A stretch of 24,000 bases of DNA, taken from the NCBI GenBank assembly GCA_943370565.1, contig CALRRL020000006.1:89157-113156 (forward strand), written 5' to 3'. This document shows positions 8,281-18,847 of the stretch, one piece after another. Numbering within the stretch: the stretch's first letter is position 1; every line of letters starts with the position of its first letter. The position numbers were made by a program, and so were the translations under genes. Under the pieces are notes generated by a model that did no database searches, was not told the origin of the DNA, and saw nothing but the letters and a program-made list of their open reading frames with translations. The stretch is from Synechococcus sp. UW140 (GTDB taxonomy: Bacteria > Cyanobacteriota > Cyanobacteriia > PCC-6307 > Cyanobiaceae).

Positions 8281-9435
8281 CTAGCCCTCGAGGGGCACCA
8301 GGGCCGGCCGGCTGCCCAGGGGCGCCAGGGGCAGGCGCAGGGGGAAGCGGTCCTCCTGCAGCTGGCGCAGCAGCTCCTCAGCGATCGAGGCGGCCAGCCG
8401 CGGGCTATGGGCCGGCGCACAGGCCACCAGCTGGCCATCGACCGGAATCTGGCCGGCCAGCAGCTGGCTGTAGGGCACGGCCCCAAAGCTGGGACGGATG
8501 CGGCGCGGGATCGAAAAATCCAGCACCGGCGCCTCCAGGGAGTGGTCTGGGGTGGCGGCCTGGCGGGCCACGGCCAGGCTGATCAGGGGCACGGGCGCCG
8601 CGATCGCCACCAGCAGGGCACTGCCATGGCCCTCAAAGAAACAGGCCCGCAGCCACTCGGGACGCAGGCCCTGCAGCTCCACCGTCAGGGCGGCCACGGC
8701 CCCGGGGCTGCGGGCGTGGCCGCTGGCCAGGCGGCGCGGGTTGGGCTGGTGGCCGCTGCCCGGGCCGCTCACCCAGCCCAGGGCACCCGCCACCAGCACG
8801 GGGGACCCGGGGCCCAGCAGGGCCAGCCCCGGCATGGTGAGACCGATGCTGGCGGCGCCGGAGCAGCCGTAGAGGGCGGTGCCGAAGGGGCCGAGCAGGG
8901 GCCCATAGGGGCTGCGGGTGAGGCCCTCGGCGCTGCTCACCGCCACCACGCCGTTTTCGACGATGCCCCGGTGCAGCAGCAGCCGGCCACTGCCGATGCG
9001 ATCGAGGCCGAGCCGGCTCTCCAGCTCCCGGCGCGGATGCAGGGCCGTGGCATCGCCGCTGGCGCTCAGGTCCAGCTCCTGGCCCGCCAGCAGGGCCGCC
9101 AGCACCTGGGCGCCGCCGCGGCGCAGGGGCTCCACCAGGCCACCACCGATCGGCAGCACCAGGTCGGTGCTGCCATGGCCGCCCCAGCCCTCCACCCCAT
9201 CAAGCTGGAAGCGGCGAATCCGGATCGGCGGATCACTGGGGCCCAGGTTGAGCACCAGGCTGGCCTGGTCCGTGAATTCGGCCGTGCTGGCCACCACCAC
9301 ATCGGTGGCGGCATAAGCCGCCTCCAGCCCCTCGGCGGCCACCCGCTGGCGGAAGGCCAGCGCCGTGCTGACACGCAACTGGCCACGGGCCTGGCGCTGC
9401 CGCAGGTCGGCCTCGCTACGGGGCTGGGGGGCCAT
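8281..9435 (-). CDS. HcyBio/DUF39 family protein (homocysteine biosynthesis-type sulfur-incorporation enzyme)
   Basis: ATDVVVASTAEFTDQASLVLNLGPSDPPIRIR, GGAQVLAALLAGQELDLSASG, HPRRELESRLGLDRI and LYGCSGAASIG fit the DUF39 family pattern. Confidence 0.8.
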   Translation of the reverse strand: MAPQPRSEADLRQRQARGQLRVSTALAFRQRVAAEGLEAAYAATDVVVASTAEFTDQASLVLNLGPSDPPIRIRRFQLDGVEGWGGHGSTDLVLPIGGGLVEPLRRGGAQVLAALLAGQELDLSASGDATALHPRRELESRLGLDRIGSGRLLLHRGIVENGVVAVSSAEGLTRSPYGPLLGPFGTALYGCSGAASIGLTMPGLALLGPGSPVLVAGALGWVSGPGSGHQPNPRRLASGHARSPGAVAALTVELQGLRPEWLRACFFEGHGSALLVAIAAPVPLISLAVARQAATPDHSLEAPVLDFSIPRRIRPSFGAVPYSQLLAGQIPVDGQLVACAPAHSPRLAASIAEELLRQLQEDRFPLRLPLAPLGSRPALVPLEG

Positions 9436-9480
9436 GGGCGGAACAGTCGATAAACTGGGTGTTGCTAGAGACGGTCATCG

Positions 9481-12174
9481 ATGGCGGATCCAACCGGTCC
9501 CGGCGAATCCGACGGGCGGATCATCCAGACCGACCTGCGCAACGAGATGTCGCGCTCCTATCTGGAGTATGCGATGAGCGTGATCGTGGGCCGGGCCCTG
9601 CCCGATGCCCGCGATGGCCTCAAGCCGGTGCATCGCCGCATTCTTTATGCGATGTACGAGCTGGGCCTCACCAGTGACCGGCCCTACCGCAAATGCGCCC
9701 GGGTGGTGGGGGAAGTGCTCGGTAAGTACCACCCCCACGGCGATACGGCGGTCTACGACGCCCTGGTGCGCATGGCCCAGGACTTCTCGATGCGCATGCC
9801 CCTGATCGATGGGCATGGCAACTTCGGCTCGGTCGACAACGACCCGCCGGCAGCCATGCGCTACACCGAATCCCGGCTGCAAGCCCTCACCACCGACAGC
9901 CTGCTCGAGGACATCGAAGCCGAAACCGTCGATTTCATCGACAACTTCGATGGCTCCCAGCAGGAGCCCACCGTGATGCCGGCGCGGGTGCCCCACCTGC
10001 TGCTCAACGGCTCCTCGGGCATCGCCGTGGGGATGGCCACCAACATCCCGCCCCACAACCTCACCGAACTGATCGATGGCCTGCTGGCCCTGATCGCCAA
10101 CCCCGAGCTGGACGACCGCCAGCTGCTGGCGATCATCCCCGGCCCCGACTTCCCCACCGGCGGCCAGATCCTGGGCCGGCGCGGCATCCGCGAGGCCTAC
10201 ACCACCGGCCGGGGCTCGGTGACCATGCGCGGCGTGGCCGCGATTGAAACCGTGGAGGGCAAGGGTCGCCCCGACCGGGATGCGGTGATCATCACCGAAC
10301 TGCCCTACCAGACCAACAAGGCGGCCCTGATCGAGCGCATTGCCGAGCTCGTCAACGACAAGAAGCTCGAAGGCATTGCCGACATCCGCGACGAAAGCGA
10401 CCGCGATGGCATGCGCATCGTGATCGAACTGCGCCGGGATGCCTATCCCCAGGTTGTCTTGAACAACCTGTTCAAGCTCACCCCCCTGCAGAACAATTTC
10501 AGCGCCTACATGCTGGCGCTGGTCAACGGCGAGCCGATCCTGCTCACCCTGCGCAAGATGCTGGAGGTGTTCCTCGACTTCCGCATCGAGACGATCGAGC
10601 GGCGCACCCGCTACCTGTTGCGCAAGGCCGAGGAGCGCGACCATCTGTTGCTCGGTCTGTTGCTTGCGCTCGAGCAGCTTGATCCGATCATCGCCCTGAT
10701 CCGGGCCGCCGCCGACGCCGCCACCGCCCGCCAGCAGTTGCAGGAGCGCCATGGCCTCAGTGAGGTGCAGGCCGATGCCATCCTGCAGATGCAGCTGCGC
10801 CGCCTCACCGCCCTGGAAGCCGACAAGATCCGGCTGGAGCATGAGGATCTGGTCACCAAGATCGCCGACTACAAAGACATTCTCGGCCGGCGCGAGCGGG
10901 TGCTGGGCCTGATCGAGGAGGAGCTCCAGGCCCTGCGGGCCCGCTACGACTCACCGCGCCGCACCGAGATCCTCGATCTTGAAGGCGGCCTCGAAGACAT
11001 CGACCTGATCGCCAACGAGCGCTCGGTGGTGTTGCTCACCGAAACCGGCTACCTCAAGCGCATGCCGGTGAGCGAATTTGAAGCCACCAGCCGCGGCACC
11101 CGCGGCAAGGCGGGCACCAAGAGCCAGGGTGAAGAGGGCGTCAAGCTGTTCATCAGCTGCAACGACCACGACTCCCTGTTGCTGTTCAGCGACCGCGGCG
11201 TGGTCTATTCCGTGCCGGCCTACCGGGTGCCGATCTGCAGCCGGGCCGCCAAGGGCACGCCGATCGTGCAGTTGCTACCGATCCCGCGCGAAGAACTGAT
11301 CACCTCCCTGCTGGCAGTAGGCGGCTTCGAGGAACACGAGCAACTGGTGATGCTCACCAGCGGCGGCTACATCAAGCGCACCCGTTTATCGGCCTTCGCC
11401 AACATCCGCTCCAATGGCCTGATCGCCATCGCCCTGGAAGACGGCGATGCCCTCTGCTGGGTGCGCCAGGCCCTCCCCGGCGACAGCGTGCTGATCGGCT
11501 CCCACAAGGGCATGACCATCCACTTCCGGCTCAGCGATGAGGAGCTGCGGCCCCTGGGTCGCACCGCCCGGGGCGTGCGGGCCATGAACCTGCGGCCCGG
11601 CGATTCCCTGGTGAGCATGGATGTGCTGCCGGCCGAACTCGCCGACCAGGTGGCCAGCTCCGCCGAGGGCGAGCTGGAGGGGGAAGGGGATCTGGAGGCC
11701 GAAGGGCTGGAGGAGACGGCCGCCAGTGAGGGGCCCTGGGTGCTGGTGGCCTCGGCCAGCGGCCTGGGCAAACGGGTGCCCGTGAACCAGTTCCGCCTGC
11801 AGCGCCGCGCCGGCATGGGCCTGCGGGCGATCAAGTTCCGCCGCGAGGGTGATGCCCTGGTGGGCCTCAAGGTGCTGGGTGCCGGCGAGGAACTGCTCCT
11901 GGTGAGTGAGCGCGGCGTGATCGTGCGCATGCGCTCCGATGCCATCCCCCAGCAGTCCCGCGCCGCCACCGGCGTGCGGCTGCAGAAGCTCGACAGCGGC
12001 GACCGCCTCGCCGAAGTGGTGCTCGTGCCCCCCTCCAGCGACGAGGAGGAGGGGGCCGTTGGGGAAGGCAGCCTGGATGCGTTGCCCCTGGAGGCAACGC
12101 CTGAGGCATCCTCTGCAGCCAGCCCCGCTCCGGCGGATCAGGCCGCTGGGGCCGCCACCGACGACGACGCCTGA
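9481..12174 (+). CDS. gyrA: DNA gyrase subunit A
   Basis: [45 protein letters not shown]; [54 protein letters not shown]; GyrA-type C-terminal repeats. Confidence 0.97.
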   Translation: MADPTGPGESDGRIIQTDLRNEMSRSYLEYAMSVIVGRALPDARDGLKPVHRRILYAMYELGLTSDRPYRKCARVVGEVLGKYHPHGDTAVYDALVRMAQDFSMRMPLIDGHGNFGSVDNDPPAAMRYTESRLQALTTDSLLEDIEAETVDFIDNFDGSQQEPTVMPARVPHLLLNGSSGIAVGMATNIPPHNLTELIDGLLALIANPELDDRQLLAIIPGPDFPTGGQILGRRGIREAYTTGRGSVTMRGVAAIETVEGKGRPDRDAVIITELPYQTNKAALIERIAELVNDKKLEGIADIRDESDRDGMRIVIELRRDAYPQVVLNNLFKLTPLQNNFSAYMLALVNGEPILLTLRKMLEVFLDFRIETIERRTRYLLRKAEERDHLLLGLLLALEQLDPIIALIRAAADAATARQQLQERHGLSEVQADAILQMQLRRLTALEADKIRLEHEDLVTKIADYKDILGRRERVLGLIEEELQALRARYDSPRRTEILDLEGGLEDIDLIANERSVVLLTETGYLKRMPVSEFEATSRGTRGKAGTKSQGEEGVKLFISCNDHDSLLLFSDRGVVYSVPAYRVPICSRAAKGTPIVQLLPIPREELITSLLAVGGFEEHEQLVMLTSGGYIKRTRLSAFANIRSNGLIAIALEDGDALCWVRQALPGDSVLIGSHKGMTIHFRLSDEELRPLGRTARGVRAMNLRPGDSLVSMDVLPAELADQVASSAEGELEGEGDLEAEGLEETAASEGPWVLVASASGLGKRVPVNQFRLQRRAGMGLRAIKFRREGDALVGLKVLGAGEELLLVSERGVIVRMRSDAIPQQSRAATGVRLQKLDSGDRLAEVVLVPPSSDEEEGAVGEGSLDALPLEATPEASSAASPAPADQAAGAATDDDA

Positions 12175-12288
12175 GCCAGCTGCCCCAGCGGCGGACTGCC
12201 TGGCTGTTGACCCCACAGCCAGGGCGGCGATCGGTCTGGAGGGTGCCGAGGGGCCGCCCTAGGCTCGGGCGTTGCACCCTGAGCGCCT

Positions 12289-13620
12289 GTGCCCAGCCCC
12301 AGCGAGCCGGCCCCAGTCGACAGGGCTGGGCAGACGCCGATGCGGGCGCCGCTCGACCCAGCCGGTGATGGGCCGGTGGATGTGCTGGTGGTGGGCGCCG
12401 GGCCGGCGGCCCTGGCGATCAGTGCGGCCCTGGCGGCCCATGGCCTTCGCCTGGCCGGCGTGGCCGAAACCGATCCGCAGGATCCCTGGCCCAACACCTA
12501 TGGCATCTGGGGGGAGGAGCTCGATCGCCTTGGCCTCGCGGACCTGCTGGAGCATCGCTGGAGCGAGAGCATCAGCGACTTCGGTTGCCGGTTCGGCGAT
12601 GACAGCGGGCGCGTGCGGCACCAGCGCGACTATGGCCTGTTTGATCGCCGCCGGTTGCAGGAGCACTGGCTCGCCCCCTGCCGGGCGGCCGGCATGGCCT
12701 GGCATCAGGATCGGGCCCTGGCGATCGAGCACCACGGGCTGACCTCCACGGTCAGCACCGCATCAGGCCGGCAGCTGCGGGCGCGGCTGGTGGTGGATGC
12801 CTCGGGCCATGGGCCCGTGTTCGTGCAGCGACCCCAGGGCGGGCCGATCGCCGGCCAGGCGGCCTACGGCATCGTCGGCCGCTTCAGTGCGTCGCCGGTG
12901 GAGCCGCAGCAGTTCGTGCTGATGGACTACCGGGCAGATCACCTCAGCGCCGCGGAACGGCAGGAGCCCCCCACTTTTCTCTATGCGATGGACCTCGGCG
13001 AAGGGCGCTTCTTCGTGGAGGAAACCTCCCTGGCCCTGGCCCCGCCGCTGCCCTTTGATCAGCTGCGGCAGCGCCTCGAGCGGCGGCTGGCCCAGCGGGG
13101 AGTGGCGGTGCTGGCGGTGGAGCACGAGGAGTTCTGCCTGTTTCCGATGAACCTGCCCCTGCCGGATCTCGACCAGCCCGTGGTCGGTTTCGGTGGGGCG
13201 GCCAGCATGGTGCATCCGGCCTCGGGCTATCTGGTGGGGGCCCTGTTGCGCCGGGCGCCGGTCCTGGCTGCGGCGATCGCCCGCGGCTTGACCACGGCTG
13301 GCCTGGACTCCGCTGCCGTGGCCCGCCAGGCCTGGCAGGCCCTCTGGCCACCGGAGCTGCGCCGCAAGCACGCGCTCTACCAATTCGGCCTCGAGAAGCT
13401 GATGCGGTTTGACGAAGCGCAGCTGCGTCATTTCTTCGCCAGCTTCTTTTCCCTGCCCCAGCCCCAGTGGTCGGGGTTTCTGGCCAACACCCTCACCGTG
13501 CCGGAGCTGGTGACGGCGATGCTGCGCCTGTTCGCGATCGCCCCGGCGGATGTGCGGTGGGGCCTGTTTAGCTCCCAGGGGCGCGAGCTCAGCCTGGTGC
13601 GGCCGTTGCTCTGGCCCTGA
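12289..13620 (+). CDS. crtL: lycopene beta-cyclase (CrtL type)
   Basis: VDVLVVGAGPAALAISAALAAHGL dinucleotide-binding motif, NTYGIWGEELDRLGL, FLYAMDLGEGRFFVEETSLA and GFGGAASMVHPASGYLVG. ATG at 12340 is an alternative start. Confidence 0.9.
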   Translation: MPSPSEPAPVDRAGQTPMRAPLDPAGDGPVDVLVVGAGPAALAISAALAAHGLRLAGVAETDPQDPWPNTYGIWGEELDRLGLADLLEHRWSESISDFGCRFGDDSGRVRHQRDYGLFDRRRLQEHWLAPCRAAGMAWHQDRALAIEHHGLTSTVSTASGRQLRARLVVDASGHGPVFVQRPQGGPIAGQAAYGIVGRFSASPVEPQQFVLMDYRADHLSAAERQEPPTFLYAMDLGEGRFFVEETSLALAPPLPFDQLRQRLERRLAQRGVAVLAVEHEEFCLFPMNLPLPDLDQPVVGFGGAASMVHPASGYLVGALLRRAPVLAAAIARGLTTAGLDSAAVARQAWQALWPPELRRKHALYQFGLEKLMRFDEAQLRHFFASFFSLPQPQWSGFLANTLTVPELVTAMLRLFAIAPADVRWGLFSSQGRELSLVRPLLWP

Positions 13621-13631
13621 CCAGACCAGGC

Positions 13632-14699
13632 CTAGGCGGCAACCGTCGCCCCGGCGCAGGAACTGCCCTGGCCGGCGGTGCAGCCGAAGCAGTGGTTGCC
13701 GAGGGCAATCGGCAGACCCGGCAGGGATTCGGCGTTGACCTCGGCGAGGGTGCGCGGCGCCGAGGTCCCCCCAGCCGCAAGGGGCAGGTCCAGCATCTGG
13801 TTGAAGTCGCAGTCGTGCAGCTGGCCGTCGGGGGCCACCGACAGGGTGTCGCGGCACATCAGGCCGCAGAGGGCGGCGGGATTGAAGGCCTGGGCGAGCT
13901 GGTCCAGGTAGGGGCCCACCTGGCCCTGGGTGTGAAGCTGCTGCAGGAAACGGGCGATCGGCATGTTGTTGAGGCCGATCAGCCGATCGAAGGTCACCCC
14001 CTCCCCGGCCAGGCGGCGCCGCCAGGCCGCCGTATCGCAGGCGGTGAGCTGCTGCAGGGCCTGGCCAGCTGGATTGCTCATCAAGGTGAGCACCCGATCG
14101 GGATCCCCCTGGCCGTAGCCCAGCTGGTTGAGCCGGCGCAGGGCGGTGAGCGAGCCGGCCCAAGTGCCCTCGCCCCGCTGGGCATCCGTGCCGTCCGCCT
14201 CGGGGGCCGGCAGGCTGGCGACGATCTCCACCTGGTTGTCCGCCAGGAAGGCAGCCAGGTCGGCCAGGGCCGGCAGCAACAACACGGTCAGGTTGCTGCG
14301 GTCGATCACCCGGCAGCCCTGGCGGCGGGCCGCCAGCACCAGGCGCCGGAAGGCGCCGTGCAGCTCCGGAGCGCCGCCGGTGAGGTCCACCACCTGGGGA
14401 CGCAACCGCCCGATCGCCTCCAGGCACTGCTGCACCACCGGCTCCGCCATCTGGCTGGTCCCCTGATCCGGCCCGGCATCCACGTGGCAGTGGCTGCAGC
14501 GCATGTTGCAGAGGCGCCCCAGGTTGAGTTGCAACACCCGCAGGGCTGAGCGCCGCGGCGCGGCCAGCTGGCGCCCGGCCAGGGCGGCGCCGAAGCCCGC
14601 CTGCGGCGCCAGGGCCGCCTGCAGCAACTGGCGTTGCTGCGCGGGTGCCAGGGCCTGGGGCCGCCCCGGGGCAGCGGTGGTCGGGAGGGTGGTGGTCAC
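13632..14699 (-). CDS. arsS: radical SAM protein, ArsS-like (arsenosugar biosynthesis / DUF3641)
   Basis: LRVLQLNLGRLCNMRCSHCHVDAGP (CxxxCxxC), VDLTGGAPELH, SNPAG, CxxMCRDTLSVAPDGQLHDCDFNQML and GNHCFGCTAGQGSSCAG. GTG start at 14699 inferred; the ORF is open upstream to 14984. Confidence 0.82.
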   Translation of the reverse strand: MTTTLPTTAAPGRPQALAPAQQRQLLQAALAPQAGFGAALAGRQLAAPRRSALRVLQLNLGRLCNMRCSHCHVDAGPDQGTSQMAEPVVQQCLEAIGRLRPQVVDLTGGAPELHGAFRRLVLAARRQGCRVIDRSNLTVLLLPALADLAAFLADNQVEIVASLPAPEADGTDAQRGEGTWAGSLTALRRLNQLGYGQGDPDRVLTLMSNPAGQALQQLTACDTAAWRRRLAGEGVTFDRLIGLNNMPIARFLQQLHTQGQVGPYLDQLAQAFNPAALCGLMCRDTLSVAPDGQLHDCDFNQMLDLPLAAGGTSAPRTLAEVNAESLPGLPIALGNHCFGCTAGQGSSCAGATVAA

Positions 14700-14946
14700 A
14701 GGGGCAGGGGATCGGCCAGCGGGGCCGTGATGGGACTCAAACAACTTGCTTCCGCCGCAAGGCGGGCTCTTGGGCAGGGGCGAGAAGGGCGGGGGCGCCG
14801 CGGCCTGCATCCCAGGGTGGTGGGCAGGCCGGCGGGACCGCAAGCCCGGCGGCCTGCCTGGCTGATGGCCAGGACTAAGGGCCAGGCCGAGCGGCCCCAG
14901 CTGCCGGCTCCAGAGCCCTTCGGCCGCCCCCGGGGCAGGGGACTGG

Positions 14947-16596
14947 CTAGGCGCCCATGGACCAGCTGGCCCAGTCGGCGGCATTCACCAGGGGGAAGAG
15001 GCCATCCTCGGCCTGGACCGCCGCCAGCCAGCCGGGGGGCGGTTCCGTGCCGGCATCGATCGCCGCCATCAGGCGCCAGTAGCGCTCCAGGTGGCGATGG
15101 ATCCGCTCCCGGGCCAGGTCGGTGGTGGTGCCGGCCCGCAGGATGAAGCTCCAATCGGAGCTCTGGGCGAGCAGCAGCTCCCGGGCCGCCTGGTGGAGCA
15201 GGTCCCGGGCCCGGGGGCTGCCAACACCCCGGTTCACCTGCTCCACCATCACGGTGGAGGCCCGGTGCCACTCCGGCACCACCCAGGCGTTGCTGTCGTT
15301 CAGCCAGTAGTTGTGGTAGCCCCCCTGGCCCCAGCTCGAGGGGGAGGGTTGGCAGACCTGCAGGGCGTCGCCGCGGCTGAGGGTGTCGCGCAGGGTCACC
15401 AGGGTGACGCCCTGGTCGGCCGCCTGGCGGAACAGGGCCTCCAGGAACTGGGGCCCTTCGTACCACCAATGGCCAAACAGCTCGGCATCAAAGGGGGCCA
15501 CCAGCAGGGGCCGCCGGGCCATGGCACCGGCCAGGCCCGCCAGCTGGGCCGCCCGACCGGCCAGGTAATCGCCGGCGTGCGCGGCGGCGAGGCCCCTGGC
15601 GGCGGCGGGGTCGTAGGGCTGCTTGCCATCGAGGGGGCACGCGTGGCCGCTGACGCGGTGCAGCTTCAGGCCCAGGGGACGGGGGCAACCGATGCCGAGG
15701 GCGGCCAGGTCCTGGGGGTCCAGGTCCCAGCCCAGGTCGCGGTGGAACTCCCGGTAGGCCGCCTGGCCCGGATAACCATCGCGGGCGCTCCACACCGGCA
15801 GGGTGGCCTCACTGTCCCGGCCGAAGAAGGCCATGCCGGCGGGCGAACAGATCGGCGCGTACACGCCGTAGCGGGGTCGGGGCAGGCCATGCAGCAGGCC
15901 ATGGCCATCGAGCACCGCGTAGCGCAGGCCGCAGGCCACCAGCAGCTGGTCAAGGCCTTCGTAGTAGGCGCATTCCGGCAGCCAGATCCCCTGGGGCCTC
16001 ACCCCCAGCAGGCGCTCGTGCTCCCGCACCGCCGTGAGCAGCTGGGCCCGCACCGCCTCGGGCCGGTTGCGCAGCAGGGGCAGGTAGCCGTGGGTGGCGG
16101 CACAGGTGAGCAGGTCAAGAACTCCCTGCTCCTGCAGGCGACGGAAGCGGGGCATCAGGTCGCCGCCGCAGGCCTGCCAGGTGGCCTGGGCGTGGTGCAA
16201 CTGCTGGGCCAGGGCGGCACTGGCCTGGGCGTAGGCCGCCGGGGCCCGCTCCAGCAACTGCAGGCGCACAGCCAGCCAGGGTGCAAAGCGCCCCGCCAAC
16301 TGGGGGCTCGCCATCAGCGAGAGCAGGGTGGGCGACAGCCCCAGGCTGAGCCGGGGCCGCTGGCGGGGATCGGCCGCTGCCGCCTCCAGGGCATCCAGCA
16401 GGGGCAGATAACACTCCAGCAGGGCCTGGAAATACCAGTCCTCCTCCAGGGAACCCGGCTCGCTGGAGAGCACATAGGGCAAATGGGCATGGAGCACCAG
16501 GGCCAGGTCCCCCCCGGCTGGTGCTCCAACGGGGCGATCGGCGGACGCAGGAGTGAAGCTGGCCTCGTCGCCGGCAGCCAAGACCCTTCCCCGCAT
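14947..16596 (-). CDS. glycoside hydrolase family 57 / DUF1957 protein (1,4-alpha-glucan branching enzyme-like)
   Basis: LALVLHAHLPYV, GIWLPECAYYEGLDQLL, LLVAPFDAELFGHWWYEGPQFLEAL, and C-terminal WSFILRAGTTTDLARERIHRHLERYWRL. Confidence 0.88.
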   Translation of the reverse strand: MRGRVLAAGDEASFTPASADRPVGAPAGGDLALVLHAHLPYVLSSEPGSLEEDWYFQALLECYLPLLDALEAAAADPRQRPRLSLGLSPTLLSLMASPQLAGRFAPWLAVRLQLLERAPAAYAQASAALAQQLHHAQATWQACGGDLMPRFRRLQEQGVLDLLTCAATHGYLPLLRNRPEAVRAQLLTAVREHERLLGVRPQGIWLPECAYYEGLDQLLVACGLRYAVLDGHGLLHGLPRPRYGVYAPICSPAGMAFFGRDSEATLPVWSARDGYPGQAAYREFHRDLGWDLDPQDLAALGIGCPRPLGLKLHRVSGHACPLDGKQPYDPAAARGLAAAHAGDYLAGRAAQLAGLAGAMARRPLLVAPFDAELFGHWWYEGPQFLEALFRQAADQGVTLVTLRDTLSRGDALQVCQPSPSSWGQGGYHNYWLNDSNAWVVPEWHRASTVMVEQVNRGVGSPRARDLLHQAARELLLAQSSDWSFILRAGTTTDLARERIHRHLERYWRLMAAIDAGTEPPPGWLAAVQAEDGLFPLVNAADWASWSMGA

Positions 16597-16647
16597 TGGG
16601 ATCACTCTAAGCTCTGCCCCTAGGCTGATCCGATCAGACGAGGCGCC

Positions 16648-17184
16648 ATGCAGCTGGCCTTGGCGGTTGATGGCCACAGCATGTTTTACACCCAGCAAAA
16701 GCTGGGCTGGTTCTTCGACCCGCGCCGGCTGATGGAGCTGGCCGCATCCCAGGCGGACCTGGAGGTAGGCAGCGCCTTCTGGTACCTGGGCCTGAAGGAC
16801 AACACCGACCAGCGCCCCTTCCGCGATGCCCTCACCAGCCTGGGCTTCAGCGTGCGCACCAAGCCCCTGCGCGAATTCGGCCATGACCCGGACCAGCGCC
16901 ACTTCGCCCGGGCCAACCTGGAGGTGGAGATCGCCCTCGATCTGATGGCCGTTTCGGGCCGCACCGATGTGGTGTGGCTGCTCAGTGGCAGCCGCGACCT
17001 GGAGCGCACGGTGGAGGTGCTGCGGGCCCGGGGCCTGAAGATCGTGCTGATCAACACCGATGGCATGGTGCCGCGGGAGTTGCGCAATGCGGTGGACCGC
17101 TTCTGGGACCTGGCCAGCCTGCGGCCCCAGCTGGAGCGGTCCGAGGCCCTGCAGGCGCCGGTGTTCAGCCGCAACACCCCCTAG
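16648..17184 (+). CDS. NYN domain (LabA/DUF88-like) protein
   Basis: [26 protein letters not shown]; [38 protein letters not shown]. Confidence 0.8.
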   Translation: MQLALAVDGHSMFYTQQKLGWFFDPRRLMELAASQADLEVGSAFWYLGLKDNTDQRPFRDALTSLGFSVRTKPLREFGHDPDQRHFARANLEVEIALDLMAVSGRTDVVWLLSGSRDLERTVEVLRARGLKIVLINTDGMVPRELRNAVDRFWDLASLRPQLERSEALQAPVFSRNTP

Positions 17185-17221
17185 ACTGGTCCCAACTCAT
17201 ACTCATTCCGCCTTTCGTCCC

Positions 17222-18847
17222 ATGGCCCGCGATCCCAGCCGGGTATTGATCTTCGATACCACCCTGCGCGATGGGGAGCAGTCCCCAGGCGCCAGCCTCA
17301 ACCTCGAAGAGAAGCTGGCGATCGCCCAGCAGCTGGCCCGCCTCAGGGTGGACATCATCGAAGCGGGCTTCCCCTTTGCCAGCCCCGGCGATTTCAATGC
17401 CGTGCAGCGCATCGCCGCCAGCGTCGGCACGGCCGATGGCCCGGTGATCTGCGGCCTGGCCCGGGCCGCCAAGGGCGACATCAAGGCCTGCGCTGAAGCG
17501 GTGGCACCAGCGGCGCGGCGCCGCATCCACACCTTCATTGCCACCAGCGACATCCACCTCGAGCACAAGCTGCGCAAGAGCCGCGCCGAGGTGTTGCAGA
17601 TCGCCGCTGAGATGGTGGCCTATGCCCGCTCCCTCGTCGATGACGTGGAGTTTTCCTGTGAAGACGCCGGCCGCTCCGATCCCGAATTCCTCTATCCGGT
17701 GATCGAGGCGGCGATCGCCGCCGGCGCCGGCACGATCAACATCCCCGACACGGTGGGCTACACCACCCCAGCCGAATTCGGCGCCCTGATCAAAGGGATC
17801 AAGGAGAATGTGCCCAACATTGACCAGGCGGTGATCTCGGTCCATGGTCACAACGACCTGGGCCTGGCCGTGGCCAATTTCCTCGAGGCCGTCAAAAACG
17901 GCGCCCGCCAGCTCGAATGCACCATCAATGGCATCGGCGAGCGGGCCGGCAATGCCTCGCTCGAAGAATTGGTGATGGCGCTCCATGTGCGCCGCAGCTA
18001 TTTCAATCCCTTCCTGGGCCGGCCCGCCGACAGCAGCGAGCCGATCACGGGCATCCGCACCGAGGAGATCTACAAAACCTCACGGCTGGTTTCGAATCTC
18101 ACCGGCATGGCGGTGCAGCCCAACAAGGCGATCGTGGGGGCCAATGCCTTTGCCCATGAATCGGGCATTCACCAGGATGGCGTGCTCAAAAATCGCCTCA
18201 CCTACGAGATCATCGACGCCCGCACCATCGGCCTGGCCGATAACCGCATCTCCCTCGGCAAGCTCTCCGGCCGCAGTGCCTTCCGCGCCCGCCTGGAGGA
18301 GCTCGGCTACACCCTGGAACGCCAGGACCTCGACGATGCCTTCGTGCGCTTCAAAGAGTTGGCCGACCGCAAGCGCGAAATCAGCGACCGCGATCTTGAA
18401 GCGATCGTCAGCGAGCAGGTGCAGCAACAGGACGAAGCCCGCTTTAGCCTCAAGCTGGTGCAGGTGAGCACCGGCACCAACCTGCAGCCCACCGCCACGG
18501 TCACCCTGATTGATGGCGACGGCAGTGAACGCACCGAAGCGGCGATCGGCACCGGTCCGGTGGATGCGGTCTGCCAGGCCCTCAATCGCCTCGCCCAGGT
18601 GCCCAACGAGCTGGTGGAGTTTTCGGTGAAATCGGTCACCGAAGGGATTGATGCCATGGGCGAGGTCACGATCCGGCTGCGCCGCGATGGGGTGCTCTAT
18701 TCCGGCCATGCCGCCGACACCGACATCGTCGTGGCCGCTGGCCAGGCCTTTGTCAATGCCCTCAACCGGCTGGTGGCCGGCAGCCAGCGGACCCCCCTCC
18801 ATCCCCAGCTGGCGCCCCTGCCCCTGGCCGAGCTGCCGCGGCTATGA
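17222..18847 (+). CDS. leuA: 2-isopropylmalate synthase
   Basis: [44 protein letters not shown]; [39 protein letters not shown]; C-terminal LeuA dimer domain. Confidence 0.97.
   Translation: MARDPSRVLIFDTTLRDGEQSPGASLNLEEKLAIAQQLARLRVDIIEAGFPFASPGDFNAVQRIAASVGTADGPVICGLARAAKGDIKACAEAVAPAARRRIHTFIATSDIHLEHKLRKSRAEVLQIAAEMVAYARSLVDDVEFSCEDAGRSDPEFLYPVIEAAIAAGAGTINIPDTVGYTTPAEFGALIKGIKENVPNIDQAVISVHGHNDLGLAVANFLEAVKNGARQLECTINGIGERAGNASLEELVMALHVRRSYFNPFLGRPADSSEPITGIRTEEIYKTSRLVSNLTGMAVQPNKAIVGANAFAHESGIHQDGVLKNRLTYEIIDARTIGLADNRISLGKLSGRSAFRARLEELGYTLERQDLDDAFVRFKELADRKREISDRDLEAIVSEQVQQQDEARFSLKLVQVSTGTNLQPTATVTLIDGDGSERTEAAIGTGPVDAVCQALNRLAQVPNELVEFSVKSVTEGIDAMGEVTIRLRRDGVLYSGHAADTDIVVAAGQAFVNALNRLVAGSQRTPLHPQLAPLPLAELPRL

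Noticed and set aside
9475-10842. 455-aa minus ORF inside gyrA
   Set aside because: Antisense shadow of the gyrase A coding frame.
14752-14765. CCGCC-GCAA-GGCGG hairpin as a terminator
   Set aside because: Strong short stem, but no clear T-tract follows on either strand, so function cannot be assigned.
14700-14984. N-terminal extension of the arsS-like ORF
   Set aside because: The residues are low-complexity and overlap the GH57 3' end; GTG at 14699 gives a sensible N-terminus.
15091-16623. 510-aa plus ORF opposite the GH57 gene
   Set aside because: The minus strand carries GH57/DUF1957 motifs; the plus translation is low-complexity.
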